Of a DNA stretch of 42,429 nucleotides, positions 8,677-17,931 are shown in pieces. Positions within the stretch are counted from its first letter, which is position 1; every line of letters begins with the position of its first letter. Origin of the DNA: Candidatus Omnitrophota bacterium. GTDB taxonomy: Bacteria > Omnitrophota > Omnitrophia > Omnitrophales > Aquincolibacteriaceae. The position numbers were made by a program, and so were the translations under genes. Below the pieces are notes generated by a model. It was given only the letters and a program-made list of their open reading frames with translations. It did not search any database and was not told the origin of the DNA. The stretch spans positions 1 through 42,429 of the forward strand of contig CAIJDY010000107.1 in the NCBI GenBank assembly GCA_903819565.1. The letters are read 5' to 3'.

Positions 8677-9438
8677 TTGATTATGTTGTCGGAAGGAAAA
8701 ATTCGGTCACTGACGGTGGTCATCCCCATTTTAAATGAGGAAGCCATCATTGAAAAAAGCCTGACCACTCTCTCCGATGTTCTCAAGACCATATGTCTTG
8801 ATTACGAGATCGTCGTCGTGGACGACGGCAGCACGGACAGGACCGCGGAGATTCTGAAGAAACTGGCTCTTTCGATCGGACGTTTGAAGATCCTCCGGAA
8901 TTCCCGCAATGAGGGTCTCGGTGGCGCGTTGTGTCACGGCTTCAAGCACGCCGCGAAAGATGTCGTCTTCTATATCGATGCGGACATGCCTTTCCAGTAT
9001 GCCGAGGTCTTACGCGCCGTGAAGATCCTGGAAGAAAGCCGCGCGGACGGTGTTGCCGGATTCAGGAATAACCGCGAGCAGGAGCCTTTTTTCAGGCGTC
9101 TTTCGTCGATGGCTTATAACGGGTGCGTGAGCTGCCTCTACGGCATCAAGATGCTGGATATCAATTGCGCTTTTAAATTGATGAAAAGAAATGCGCTGAA
9201 ACAGCTGGATCTGAAAGCAAAGGGGTCGTTCATCGATGCAGAATGGATGGTCCGCGCGGCCTACGGAGGATATAAAATACAGGAGCTGGGAGTGGAGTAT
9301 TATCCGCGCCCTCAAAGCAGTTCGCGTTTGTTCCGGCTCCGCCCAATCGCGACGGCCTTTTGGGAGATGATAAAGTTTTTCCCCGATATCCGGCGTTTGA
9401 AAGGTCCCGCGAGTCAGGACCCCCAAGCATGCCGTTAG
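8677..9438 (+). CDS. GT2 polyprenol-phosphate glycosyltransferase (DPM1/ArnC-like)
   Basis: VVIPILNEE, VVDDGSTD, RNEGLGGAL, YIDAD, DINCAFKL. TTG start 8677 or ATG 8683. Confidence 0.9.
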   Translation: MIMLSEGKIRSLTVVIPILNEEAIIEKSLTTLSDVLKTICLDYEIVVVDDGSTDRTAEILKKLALSIGRLKILRNSRNEGLGGALCHGFKHAAKDVVFYIDADMPFQYAEVLRAVKILEESRADGVAGFRNNREQEPFFRRLSSMAYNGCVSCLYGIKMLDINCAFKLMKRNALKQLDLKAKGSFIDAEWMVRAAYGGYKIQELGVEYYPRPQSSSRLFRLRPIATAFWEMIKFFPDIRRLKGPASQDPQACR

Positions 9439-10112
9439 CCGGAATCTGTGAAAAATTCCGTCTTTTTCCATTTCGTTCCCGCATGGGGACGATTGCCCGC
9501 GGGTATCCGGCCAAAATACTGCCGCATCTTTTTGTGCGGTGGTTTTCCTGCCCTTTTGAGCTGATCGAACCCCACGTACCCAGGCAGGGGGTCATTTGCG
9601 ACCTGGGATGCGGTCACGGGCTGATGCTGCACCGTCTGGCGTCCCTTTTGCCTCCGGAAGCGACCCTTCTGGGGTTTGACATCGATAAGGAAAAGATTGG
9701 TTTTGCGCGGGCTTTTGATCATGATCATCGCATCTGGTTTGAAGCGAGAGACATTCTTGCTGCATTGGATCTGCGTGATGTGACCTGCTTGATTTTGAAT
9801 GATGTCTTGCACATGCTTTCCTATTCCCACCAGGAACTTTTGCTTCAGAGGTGCTTCGATTGCCTTGCGAAGGAAGGCGTTCTGATCCTTAAGGAAATAA
9901 ATGCCCAGGCGTCCTGGAAATATTGGTGGGCAGGCATCCAAGCGTATTTTGTAAAGGATGTCTTTCGTCTTACCCGGGGGGAAGGATTTCATCCCCGGTC
10001 CGTGGGTTGTCTGACCGGGCTGCTGGAAAAAATCGGTTTTAAAGTGGACGTTCTGCCGGCCCACCAAGGATATCCCTATCCTCACATGATCTTTCTTTGT
10101 CACAAAGGTTGA
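9429..10112 (+). CDS. Class I SAM-dependent methyltransferase
   Basis: DLGCGHG, GFDID, NDVLH, L..EGVLILKE, YPHMIFLC. Start at ATG 9429 overlapping the GT2 end (alternative 9483). Confidence 0.88.
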   Translation: MPLAGICEKFRLFPFRSRMGTIARGYPAKILPHLFVRWFSCPFELIEPHVPRQGVICDLGCGHGLMLHRLASLLPPEATLLGFDIDKEKIGFARAFDHDHRIWFEARDILAALDLRDVTCLILNDVLHMLSYSHQELLLQRCFDCLAKEGVLILKEINAQASWKYWWAGIQAYFVKDVFRLTRGEGFHPRSVGCLTGLLEKIGFKVDVLPAHQGYPYPHMIFLCHKG

Positions 10113-10121
10113 ACGCATGCA

Positions 10122-11465
10122 ATGAAAGAGACCGCTCTGCTGTTTAATCCGCCTGCTCCGCCCGGCTCGCAGTGTGTCATTCGCGACTTCTACTGCAGTT
10201 TTTCTTCGAAAGCCGATTATTATTGGCCTCCTCAGGACCTTTTGGCGCTGTCCGGGGTTCTGCGGGAAGATTATGATGTGCAGGTAATCGATGCCGTCGC
10301 TTCCGGACTCGGTCCGGCGGCCTGCCGGGAGATGATCCAGGCCAGCCGAGCCTCGGTGATGATCTTTGCCACCGGCAGCGTTTCGCTGACGGCAGATATG
10401 GCGTTTATGGGGAGCATTCCAAAGCGGGAGGGGAGCCGGTGGCTTGCCAGTGCCAGCCTGTTTCATTCCGCGAGGGAAGCCACGCTGCGCCGGTATCCGT
10501 TTTTGGATGATGTGATCTCGGATTTTACGGACCCAAGCATCCTTGACCGGCTGCGAGGCAAAGAAGCCCGGAAAGTCGTGGCCGCCGAATTCAGTCTCGG
10601 CAGGCCTCTGTATGAGCACTTCATCGGCCGCGGGAAGTCTTTACCGTTTTTCGGAGGGGCGTTTTTTTCCATCATGACAAGTTCGTTCGGCTGCGAATTC
10701 AGCTGCGGGTTTTGCACGGCGGGGACGTACCGGATCAAGTTCAGGGACATGAAGGAAGTGTTGGAGGATATCGGGTATTTGAAGAGCCGCGGCGTCGGAA
10801 AGATCTTTTTTGTCGATCCTCTTTTCACGGCGGATCCCCAAAGGGTCCTGAGGTTCTGTGATGCGGTCCGCGATCTGAAAATGGAGTGGATCTGCAATGC
10901 TCACGTGGATACGATCCAGGACGAGGCTCTGTTGTGCGCCATGGAAGCAGCGGGCTGTCGTGTTCTTTTGATTGGCGTGGAAAGCGGAGACGAAGATCTC
11001 CTGAAGCGATGGGGAAAGCGTACGGACGTCGGACGGATCAAAAAGGCGTTCGCGTTGTGCCGTAAACACCGGATCGCGACGCTCGGGTATTTTATCATCG
11101 GCCTGCCGGGGGAAGACCGGGAATCCTCCCGGAAAACGGTTCGTTTTGCCAAGGAGCTTCGGTGCGATTATGCTTCGTTTGGATATGCGACCCCCGATGA
11201 AGGAACGCGGTTGCGGAAAGAGGCGTTAGAGAAGGGATGGTGCAGTCCCTCCGAGATCTCAAGAGATTTCGACTCTTCGCAGGCGCCGGTTTTAGGGACC
11301 GAAACCTTGCCGCGCGAAGAGGCCGTTCAATTATTTCAAGAGGCTTACCGGAGTTTTTATTTTAGACCCGGATATATTCTAAGTGCATTGCTGAAAGTAA
11401 GGTCCCTGACGGGGCTAGGCGCCTTGTTCCGCACGGGGAGGGCGATATTAAAGAAAAATATCTGA
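10122..11465 (+). CDS. B12-binding radical SAM protein (HpnJ/class B-like)
   Basis: N-terminal LLFNPP..WPPQDLLALS; CxxxCxxC in SFGCEFSCGFC; IGVESG; FIIGLPGE; AYRSFYFRP. Confidence 0.9.
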   Translation: MKETALLFNPPAPPGSQCVIRDFYCSFSSKADYYWPPQDLLALSGVLREDYDVQVIDAVASGLGPAACREMIQASRASVMIFATGSVSLTADMAFMGSIPKREGSRWLASASLFHSAREATLRRYPFLDDVISDFTDPSILDRLRGKEARKVVAAEFSLGRPLYEHFIGRGKSLPFFGGAFFSIMTSSFGCEFSCGFCTAGTYRIKFRDMKEVLEDIGYLKSRGVGKIFFVDPLFTADPQRVLRFCDAVRDLKMEWICNAHVDTIQDEALLCAMEAAGCRVLLIGVESGDEDLLKRWGKRTDVGRIKKAFALCRKHRIATLGYFIIGLPGEDRESSRKTVRFAKELRCDYASFGYATPDEGTRLRKEALEKGWCSPSEISRDFDSSQAPVLGTETLPREEAVQLFQEAYRSFYFRPGYILSALLKVRSLTGLGALFRTGRAILKKNI

Positions 11466-12289
11466 TTGTGAATGCCGATGATTTCGGTCTCGATCTCGAA
11501 ATTAATCGCGGGATCGATGAAGCTTGCCTCGGAGGGATGGTGAGAAGCGTTTCTCTTCTTGCTACGGGCAAGGCCTTTGAGGATGCGGTGGGGCGTCTTC
11601 GCAGGATGCCCAGGGTCGGGGTCGGGATCCATCTGTGTTTGGTGGCTGAAAGATCCGTGCTTCCCGCGCAGAAAATCCAGAGCCTTGTTGATGAACAAGG
11701 GCGGTTTCCTTCCGCCTATCGGAATTTTCTTGTAAGGTTGTGGACCCGCCGGATTCGTCCGGAGGACATTGCGATCGAACTCGACGCCCAGTTCAGAAAG
11801 TTTCTTGATCACGGAATCCACCCGACGCATGTTGATAGCCATCAATACATTCACCTCGTTCCCGCAGTTTCAACGACCGTGATCGAACTCTCTAAAAAAT
11901 ACGGGGTAAAATGGATCCGGTATCCTTCGCGGCCGGAGCGGTTTTTCCCGCGAAGTTTACGGGCCGCGGCGAAAATGATGGGGCTGGCGTTATTTTCGAG
12001 ATCGCAAACGCGGCGTATTCGAGGATTCGGCATCCGCGTTCCGGACAATTCTCTGGGATTTCTGGAATCAGGGCGTCTGGATGCCGGGAAGATGCGGGTG
12101 TTGTTGGATCGGATGATCTGCGGCGTCAATGACCTGACGGTCCATCCCGGCTACTGTCCCCAAGAAAGGGAATACGCGGCGTGGAATTATCATTGGGAAA
12201 CGGAGCTGGCTGTTTTGAAGGATGAGAGCACGATGCGTTTGGCGCGTGAAATGCGCATACGAATAGGGAATTACGCGGAGCAATCCTAA
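11447..12289 (+). CDS. YdjC/ChbG/HpnK family carbohydrate deacetylase
   Basis: YLIVNADDFG, GVGIHLCL, ELDAQF, PTHVDSHQYIH, VHPG. The first GTG (11468) truncates the conserved first strand, so the start is placed at ATT 11447 behind GGAGG. Confidence 0.88.
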   Translation: MKEKYLIVNADDFGLDLEINRGIDEACLGGMVRSVSLLATGKAFEDAVGRLRRMPRVGVGIHLCLVAERSVLPAQKIQSLVDEQGRFPSAYRNFLVRLWTRRIRPEDIAIELDAQFRKFLDHGIHPTHVDSHQYIHLVPAVSTTVIELSKKYGVKWIRYPSRPERFFPRSLRAAAKMMGLALFSRSQTRRIRGFGIRVPDNSLGFLESGRLDAGKMRVLLDRMICGVNDLTVHPGYCPQEREYAAWNYHWETELAVLKDESTMRLAREMRIRIGNYAEQS

Positions 12290-12374
12290 AGCGGTGGATT
12301 CCCGTTTTTTTCCCGCGGATTTTTCGAAACGTTAGTTCCGGAAAGCTGGGCGCGGCATCGGGCCCCGGCGTTTT

Positions 12375-13787
12375 TCAATCGCCTCGCGTGTGGGCGGAAA
12401 CGGCTTTCCAGCTTCTATAAAACTCGCGGACTTGATTTAAGGACCGTATCCTCTTGAGGTAGGACCAATACACGCGAGGGGAAGAATAAAAATCCTTCAG
12501 GATCGATCTGTGCGCCGCGACGATCTGTTCTTTTGACAGTCCGGCGGGTATAAAGACAGGATCGAAACAGGAAAACCGGTCCCACTCCGTGTCAAGAGTC
12601 CCGAACTCGTGGATCCGGTTCCAGACCTCTGAACCGGGATACGGGGTAAAGTAGGTTAGAGAGATGTCGTCCAGGCCAAGGCTTTTGATGAAATCCGCGG
12701 TTTGCTTTAAGGTTTCGGCCGTTTCCAAAGGATTGCCGAGCATAAAGAAGCCCTTGGTGGAAAAGCCCTGTTTTTGAGTGAGCCGTATTTTGATTCTGAT
12801 CTCGTCCAGCGTGATGCCCTTATCATAGAAATCGAGTATCGGCTGGGAACCGCTTTCAATGCCGTACAGGATCTGCCAGCAGCCGGATTGTTTAGCGATC
12901 TTCAGCCTGTTTTCCGTGATGATATCGATCCGGCTCAAGGCCGACCAGGCGATCCGGATGTTCTTTTTCCTGATCAGGCGAGACAGCTCCTCCAGGCGTT
13001 CTTCGGAAAGTAAAAAATTATCATCTTCGAAAAAGATCCCCCGGATGCCGTACTCTTTTTGAAGCAGCAACATCATCTCTGCCACGTAAGCGGCGCTGTG
13101 CAGCCTCACCTGATTGCCAAAGATCGCGCGATCGCAGAAAACGCACCGGCCGGGGCACCCCCGGGAAGTGACGAGAGAAACACAGGGCATCTCTTTGATG
13201 CTTTGAGTGGGGACCCTGTAATAGCGATCCAGCCGCGGCAATAGATCAAAGGCCGGAAAAGGAAGTTCGTCCAGGTCCCGGATCCTGTCCCGGGAAGGGG
13301 TCCGTAGAAGCTTTCCGTCCGCTTTGAAGACGATCCCTTGAACCGAGGTTAAGGAGGCTCCCTCCCGCAGTGCCCGCAATAATGCTTCGAGGGTCCTTTC
13401 TCCTTCACCGAGAACTCCGATATCAAAAGCGGCATTTTCAAGCAGCGTTTTTTCAGGGAGGGCGGTGAAGTGAGGCCCCCCGATAATGATCGTTATTCCG
13501 GGTAGTTTCTCTTTGAGCTTCTTTGCAAGAGCTGAGGATGTTTTTACGGAGACTGTGGTGAGCGTGATGCCTAAAAGAGAAGGATTTTTTTCACAAATTG
13601 CCACTGCGGTTTCTTCCAGTCCGTACCCCAGCGCGGCCGCGTCCAGGAGGCTTGTCTCAAAGCCCATTTTCCGTGCAGTGGCTGCCAAAGAAGCCAGGCC
13701 CAGGGGAGGTTCCACGGCGCCGGCCTGAGATAAAATGCCGTAACGCTGATTTGCGCTCACGGGGGGATTCACAAACAGGGTTTTCAC
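12375..13787 (-). CDS. B12-binding radical SAM protein (class B methylase-like)
   Basis: LFVNPP, EPPLGLASLA, GGPHFT, GEGE, DLDELPFPAFDL, TSRGCPGRCVFC, FEDDNF, YGIESG, FMLGNPLET, TPYPGS; GTG start with GAGGAG SD. Confidence 0.93.
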   Translation of the reverse strand: MKTLFVNPPVSANQRYGILSQAGAVEPPLGLASLAATARKMGFETSLLDAAALGYGLEETAVAICEKNPSLLGITLTTVSVKTSSALAKKLKEKLPGITIIIGGPHFTALPEKTLLENAAFDIGVLGEGERTLEALLRALREGASLTSVQGIVFKADGKLLRTPSRDRIRDLDELPFPAFDLLPRLDRYYRVPTQSIKEMPCVSLVTSRGCPGRCVFCDRAIFGNQVRLHSAAYVAEMMLLLQKEYGIRGIFFEDDNFLLSEERLEELSRLIRKKNIRIAWSALSRIDIITENRLKIAKQSGCWQILYGIESGSQPILDFYDKGITLDEIRIKIRLTQKQGFSTKGFFMLGNPLETAETLKQTADFIKSLGLDDISLTYFTPYPGSEVWNRIHEFGTLDTEWDRFSCFDPVFIPAGLSKEQIVAAHRSILKDFYSSPRVYWSYLKRIRSLNQVREFYRSWKAVSAHTRGD

Positions 13788-13946
13788 GGTCCTCTCCTCG
13801 ACGCCGATAATAAGTGCGGTTTTTCGGCCGCAGCATGTCCGGTCGTCTCAGGTCAAAATGCTAACGGCGCGCGGCCTCCGGCGACTTTTTGCCGATCATT
13901 GTACTATATCCGTGAGAGGGATCGATGCAACCGTAATCTTTCGGCA

Positions 13947-13956
13947 GGGGGGGGGG
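13947..13956. repeat. G10 homopolymer tract in the divergent intergenic region
   Basis: Ten consecutive G; the longest homopolymer I noticed in the window. Confidence 0.8.
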
Positions 13957-14174
13957 ATCGCTTCCGTTCTTTTCACGGCGCTTTCTTTCGGCTATCATGT
14001 GCGGGCATGGAGCCCGTTTCCAGAGCCATCCATGCTGGCGGTTCTCGAATGGGTGCGCGGGTCCTTGATATGGCCGCGTGATCCCTTCGTGAGGGGGCCT
14101 GAATGGGTGGGCTGTTTTAAAGGATGGGGCTTTGATGTTCTTTGCGCGTGAAACACACATGAGAATAGGGAATT

Positions 14175-16442
14175 ATGCAGACTGATCAAAAAGATTTGAA
14201 TCCTTTGCCCATGGTTTTGGTCAATTTGACGGTGGCCATGGCTTTAGTGAATTATTTTTGGCTGAGGCTAAATCAGTGTCCTCCGGTGGATGACGAGGCC
14301 TATCATCTCTTGTCGGCTCTGAAATATTTCTGGCTTTTCGGCAATCCGTCCTCCGGGATGTTCGGCTCCCTATTATTCGTCGATGATCTTTACCCGCCGT
14401 TATTTCCTTTTTTGGCTGCATGGGGGGCACACATTTTCGGCGCCGTGGGAACGGTTTCGTTTTGTATGACCAACGCGATTTTTCTGGTGGTCACGTTCTT
14501 TTCCTTATACGGCATCGGCCTCAAAATGGGGGATCGGAGATTAGGGGTTTTGGCTTCGTGTTTCCTTGCTTTGTACCCGATGTTCTTTCATTTGAGCCGG
14601 ATGTTCATGCTGGAGATCGCGTTGGTCGGGATGGTGACGCTGACGGTGATGCTTCTTCTTTACTCCGAGGGATTCACCCGGACGGTGTGGAGCGTTCTGG
14701 CGGGAATTTCGCTGGGTCTCGGCATGTTGACAAAGCAGACGTGCGTCGTCTTCGTCGTGGGACCGGCCCTCTGGGGGCTCCTGGGATCCTGGAACGCGCT
14801 CGATGCTAAGCAAAAAAAAAGAAAGGTCGTTAATTTTTGTCTGTTCGTCGCGTTGGGAATCGCGATCGCGTTGCCATGGTATTTTGCGGATGGAGCGACA
14901 AAATGCCTTAATATGCGAGGCGCATTTTTGGTCAAAGACAAGGTGGATTTCAACTTCTTCGCTTCTCATCTCGGGGCACTTGTTTTTTATCTCAGGGTAT
15001 TGGTGCTTGACCAAATGGGATGGATCTTTTTTGGAGGTTTTGTTCTGGCGATTTTTACAAAATTTAGAAAGCTTTTTGAATCGTCCCTTCTTTTCGTTTG
15101 GTTTGCCGTCCCGTATGCGGTTTTTTTACTGTTTCCCAACAAATACTACTACTACACACTTGCCTCCCTTCCTGCGGTGGCCTTGATGTCGGCGGGCGGA
15201 TTGTTGTCCGTCAAAAAGGCGGTTGTCCGCTGGGTTATTATTTCCGGCTTGCTCCTTTTGGGAGTTGGGCAATTTATCCAGCTCTCATTTTTGTCCCCTC
15301 AAATCCCCTCGAAAATCCTGTCCTTTGCGCGTTTCTCTCCTCAGACGGGGAATCATCAAATTCAAACACTTTTCAGGCGCATCACGGAGGAATCCAATGT
15401 CGAGAAGCCCGTTATCGGGGTCCCGAGCGTAAACCCGAATACCTTTTCGGGAGCGAAGGACACAAAAATCGGGAGAAATTATGTCTGTGTCAATTGGGAC
15501 ACTTTAAAGTACCAGGCGGCACTTGATTTGAAACCGTGGACGATAAAAACGATCAACGGTTTGAATGAGGACGATTTCACGACGCCGCCCCATTTTATCG
15601 TTTGTCACGAGCGTATTGAAAAATTAGGTTTTCCCGCTTCCTTCAGCGCTTCTTACCGGCCGACGGATATTTTTGTGATGCCGGATACGACCCGGGTCTA
15701 TTTGTACAAACTTGAGGAGGGCCGCGGATTTGGCGGGAGGAAAGCCGTTGTTCATCAGGATGAAAACAGCACTGTCTTGGACAACGGCCTTTTACAACTG
15801 GGTCTGGAGGATAACAGGTGGCGATTGTATTGGAAAGGGCAGTCCATCGTTAAAAGACTGTCGGTGCTTGCTGCTTTCAAGCCTTTCAGGATTTGGAACA
15901 ACTCGCGGGAATGTTTCTGGAGGATCTTGTCGCGAGATAAGAACCGTCTTGTGGCGAGGGCATACTTTTGTTTTCTGATTCCTGCCCAGGAGTGGGAATT
16001 TGTGCTGGATGGTAATCGTGTCTACTGGACCGTCAAAGTATTTGAGCCTTTCATTATAAAGTCCGAATGGGAAGAGGTTCGTGTCTTGTTGGTGGATGAG
16101 TATCGCCACTGGATCACGGCGCTTGGGTCCGGAGATTTTCCGCGGGGATCTGTCGAGGGCTTCATGGAAAACTGGCTGCCCTCCTCGAGCGGTGGCGGGG
16201 TTGATTCCGGTTACGTAGGGGTCGAGCAAGTCGAGGATCATTTGCCCGCCGTGACCTTTTACTCACTCCGATCGCGGAACGGACTTAAAGGAGAGGTGGG
16301 AAGTGTGGAAGGTTACATGCACGGCAAGCTTCTGAAGTATGTTTTTCGGTGGCCCTGGCGCTATGACTATTTTCGGGGTTGCCTGCTGGTCGGGGATAAG
16401 AGCTTCAATTCCCGTTGGCGGCCCGGTCTTGAAAAAGAGTAG
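14175..16442 (+). CDS. ArnT/PMT-like (GT83/GT39) GT-C glycosyltransferase with long soluble C-terminal extension
   Basis: PPVDDEAYH, YPPLF, SRMFMLE, GMLTKQ, ALPWY; many TM helices in the first ~375 aa, then a beta-rich soluble region. Confidence 0.82.
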   Translation: MQTDQKDLNPLPMVLVNLTVAMALVNYFWLRLNQCPPVDDEAYHLLSALKYFWLFGNPSSGMFGSLLFVDDLYPPLFPFLAAWGAHIFGAVGTVSFCMTNAIFLVVTFFSLYGIGLKMGDRRLGVLASCFLALYPMFFHLSRMFMLEIALVGMVTLTVMLLLYSEGFTRTVWSVLAGISLGLGMLTKQTCVVFVVGPALWGLLGSWNALDAKQKKRKVVNFCLFVALGIAIALPWYFADGATKCLNMRGAFLVKDKVDFNFFASHLGALVFYLRVLVLDQMGWIFFGGFVLAIFTKFRKLFESSLLFVWFAVPYAVFLLFPNKYYYYTLASLPAVALMSAGGLLSVKKAVVRWVIISGLLLLGVGQFIQLSFLSPQIPSKILSFARFSPQTGNHQIQTLFRRITEESNVEKPVIGVPSVNPNTFSGAKDTKIGRNYVCVNWDTLKYQAALDLKPWTIKTINGLNEDDFTTPPHFIVCHERIEKLGFPASFSASYRPTDIFVMPDTTRVYLYKLEEGRGFGGRKAVVHQDENSTVLDNGLLQLGLEDNRWRLYWKGQSIVKRLSVLAAFKPFRIWNNSRECFWRILSRDKNRLVARAYFCFLIPAQEWEFVLDGNRVYWTVKVFEPFIIKSEWEEVRVLLVDEYRHWITALGSGDFPRGSVEGFMENWLPSSSGGGVDSGYVGVEQVEDHLPAVTFYSLRSRNGLKGEVGSVEGYMHGKLLKYVFRWPWRYDYFRGCLLVGDKSFNSRWRPGLEKE

Positions 16443-16487
16443 AGAACGAGGTTGCTTTTGAAGCCGGTTCGGGAGCGGCGGTAGCCC

Positions 16488-17234
16488 TTGGGGAAATTTT
16501 TGAGGACCGAAGAAGATCTTTACGTGGAAACGGGATACCAGATCCTTTACGAAGACGAATGTTTTTTCGTGGTGGATAAACCCTCGCCTTTGCCGGTCCA
16601 TCCGGTGGGTCGTTTTAAGGAAAAGAACCTCCTCAGTCTTTTGAAGCGGGACCTGAGGCCGGGTCCCGAAGGATTCCAGATCGTCAATCGCCTGGATTCT
16701 GAAACGAGCGGTCTTGTGATCGTTTCAAAATCGAGTTTCATGGCGGGTCGGTTGGGTCTTCTTTTTGAGAAACGGCAAGTGCTGAAGGAATACCAGGCGG
16801 TGGTGTTCGGAATACCTCCGGTTGAGGAGGGGACTATTTCGATCTCCCTTGGAATCCGGACGGAAAGCGGTCATAATATCCGCACGCCGGACCCCGACGG
16901 CGAAACGGCCCGGACGGATTATCAGGTCCTTGGGAATTTTGGCGATTACGCGCTCCTGAAGGTGGTCCCGCGAACCGGACGAACGCACCAGATCCGGGCG
17001 CATCTTGCTTTTCTGGGACACCCCGTCGTCGGCGATAAGATCTATATCGATCCGCGGATCTTTGAACGTTATATTGTCGAGGGATGGCAGGAGAACATGC
17101 GCCCGGTCGTCAAAGCCGTGAGGCTTTTGCTGCACGCGACTGCTCTGGAGTTCCGGCATCCGGTGACAGGGACCGCGATGCGGTTCGCGGCCGAGATGCC
17201 GTCCTGTTTTGATGAATTCTTGAACCTGCGGTAA
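16488..17234 (+). CDS. RluA-family pseudouridine synthase
   Basis: VVDKP..LPVHP, NRLDSETSG (catalytic Asp), KEYQAVV, TGRTHQIRAH, GHPVVGDKIY, LLHA..L.F.HP. Confidence 0.93.
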   Translation: MGKFLRTEEDLYVETGYQILYEDECFFVVDKPSPLPVHPVGRFKEKNLLSLLKRDLRPGPEGFQIVNRLDSETSGLVIVSKSSFMAGRLGLLFEKRQVLKEYQAVVFGIPPVEEGTISISLGIRTESGHNIRTPDPDGETARTDYQVLGNFGDYALLKVVPRTGRTHQIRAHLAFLGHPVVGDKIYIDPRIFERYIVEGWQENMRPVVKAVRLLLHATALEFRHPVTGTAMRFAAEMPSCFDEFLNLR

Positions 17235-17266
17235 ACGCGGGCATTTTTTCGAAGAAAGGCTGGAAC

Positions 17267-17683
17267 ATGGATACAAAAAAAATCCGGTTCATCATCGTTT
17301 TATTAGGGCTGCTTTCTCTTTGGGGGTTTGGCGGACTTCTATGGTTCATGGCTGAGGATCGCGCGATTTTTGAGATCCTTTTGACCGCGTCCTGTCTTGG
17401 GGTGTCCGTGGTTTCGTTCTTCGGGCTCTGGCATTATCGGCGGTGGGCGCTTGTGCTGAGCCGGTTTGTTGCGCTGGCGGCGATGGGGTTCGGGGGGTAT
17501 CTGGCGCATTTCGCATGGACCTTCTGGCTTTTTCAAACCCCCACCCTCGCGGACCGTATTTTTGCGGTGCTCCGGCCCCAGGTGTCCCTTTTTCTTTTCG
17601 TGCCGGTCCTCTGGCTGGTTCTGAGCTTTTTGCCCGCTATCAACACGAAGTTCCTTCCCAAGAAAAATGAAACCCTCCCGTGA
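17267..17683 (+). CDS. Hypothetical membrane protein (~4 TM)
   Basis: Four hydrophobic segments; stop overlaps the next gene (GTGA). Confidence 0.7.
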   Translation: MDTKKIRFIIVLLGLLSLWGFGGLLWFMAEDRAIFEILLTASCLGVSVVSFFGLWHYRRWALVLSRFVALAAMGFGGYLAHFAWTFWLFQTPTLADRIFAVLRPQVSLFLFVPVLWLVLSFLPAINTKFLPKKNETLP

Positions 17684-17931
17684 TACCTCGTCCGCATCCC
17701 AAGGACCCGCTTCATGGCGTGACGCTTGAGACGATCCTAGAACTTTTGGTGGCGCATTACGGTTGGGAAAAGATGGGAAGCATGATCACGATCCGTTGTT
17801 TCAATTTTGACCCGAGCATCAAGTCCAGCCTGACCTTTCTCCGGAAGACGCCCTGGGCAAGAAAGAAAGTCGAAGACCTCTACAAAAAAATTCATAAGAA
17901 ACTCAAACAACCCCTGAAAGCGAGCCGATGA
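17680..17931 (+). CDS. VF530 family (DUF2132) DNA-binding protein
   Basis: [17 protein letters not shown]..., [27 protein letters not shown]. Confidence 0.9.
   Translation: MIPRPHPKDPLHGVTLETILELLVAHYGWEKMGSMITIRCFNFDPSIKSSLTFLRKTPWARKKVEDLYKKIHKKLKQPLKASR

Noticed and set aside
13858-14189. Overlapping 60-99 aa ORFs between the radical SAM and ArnT-like genes
   Set aside because: No motifs or SD and mutually overlapping; the region is better explained as divergent promoters and UTRs.
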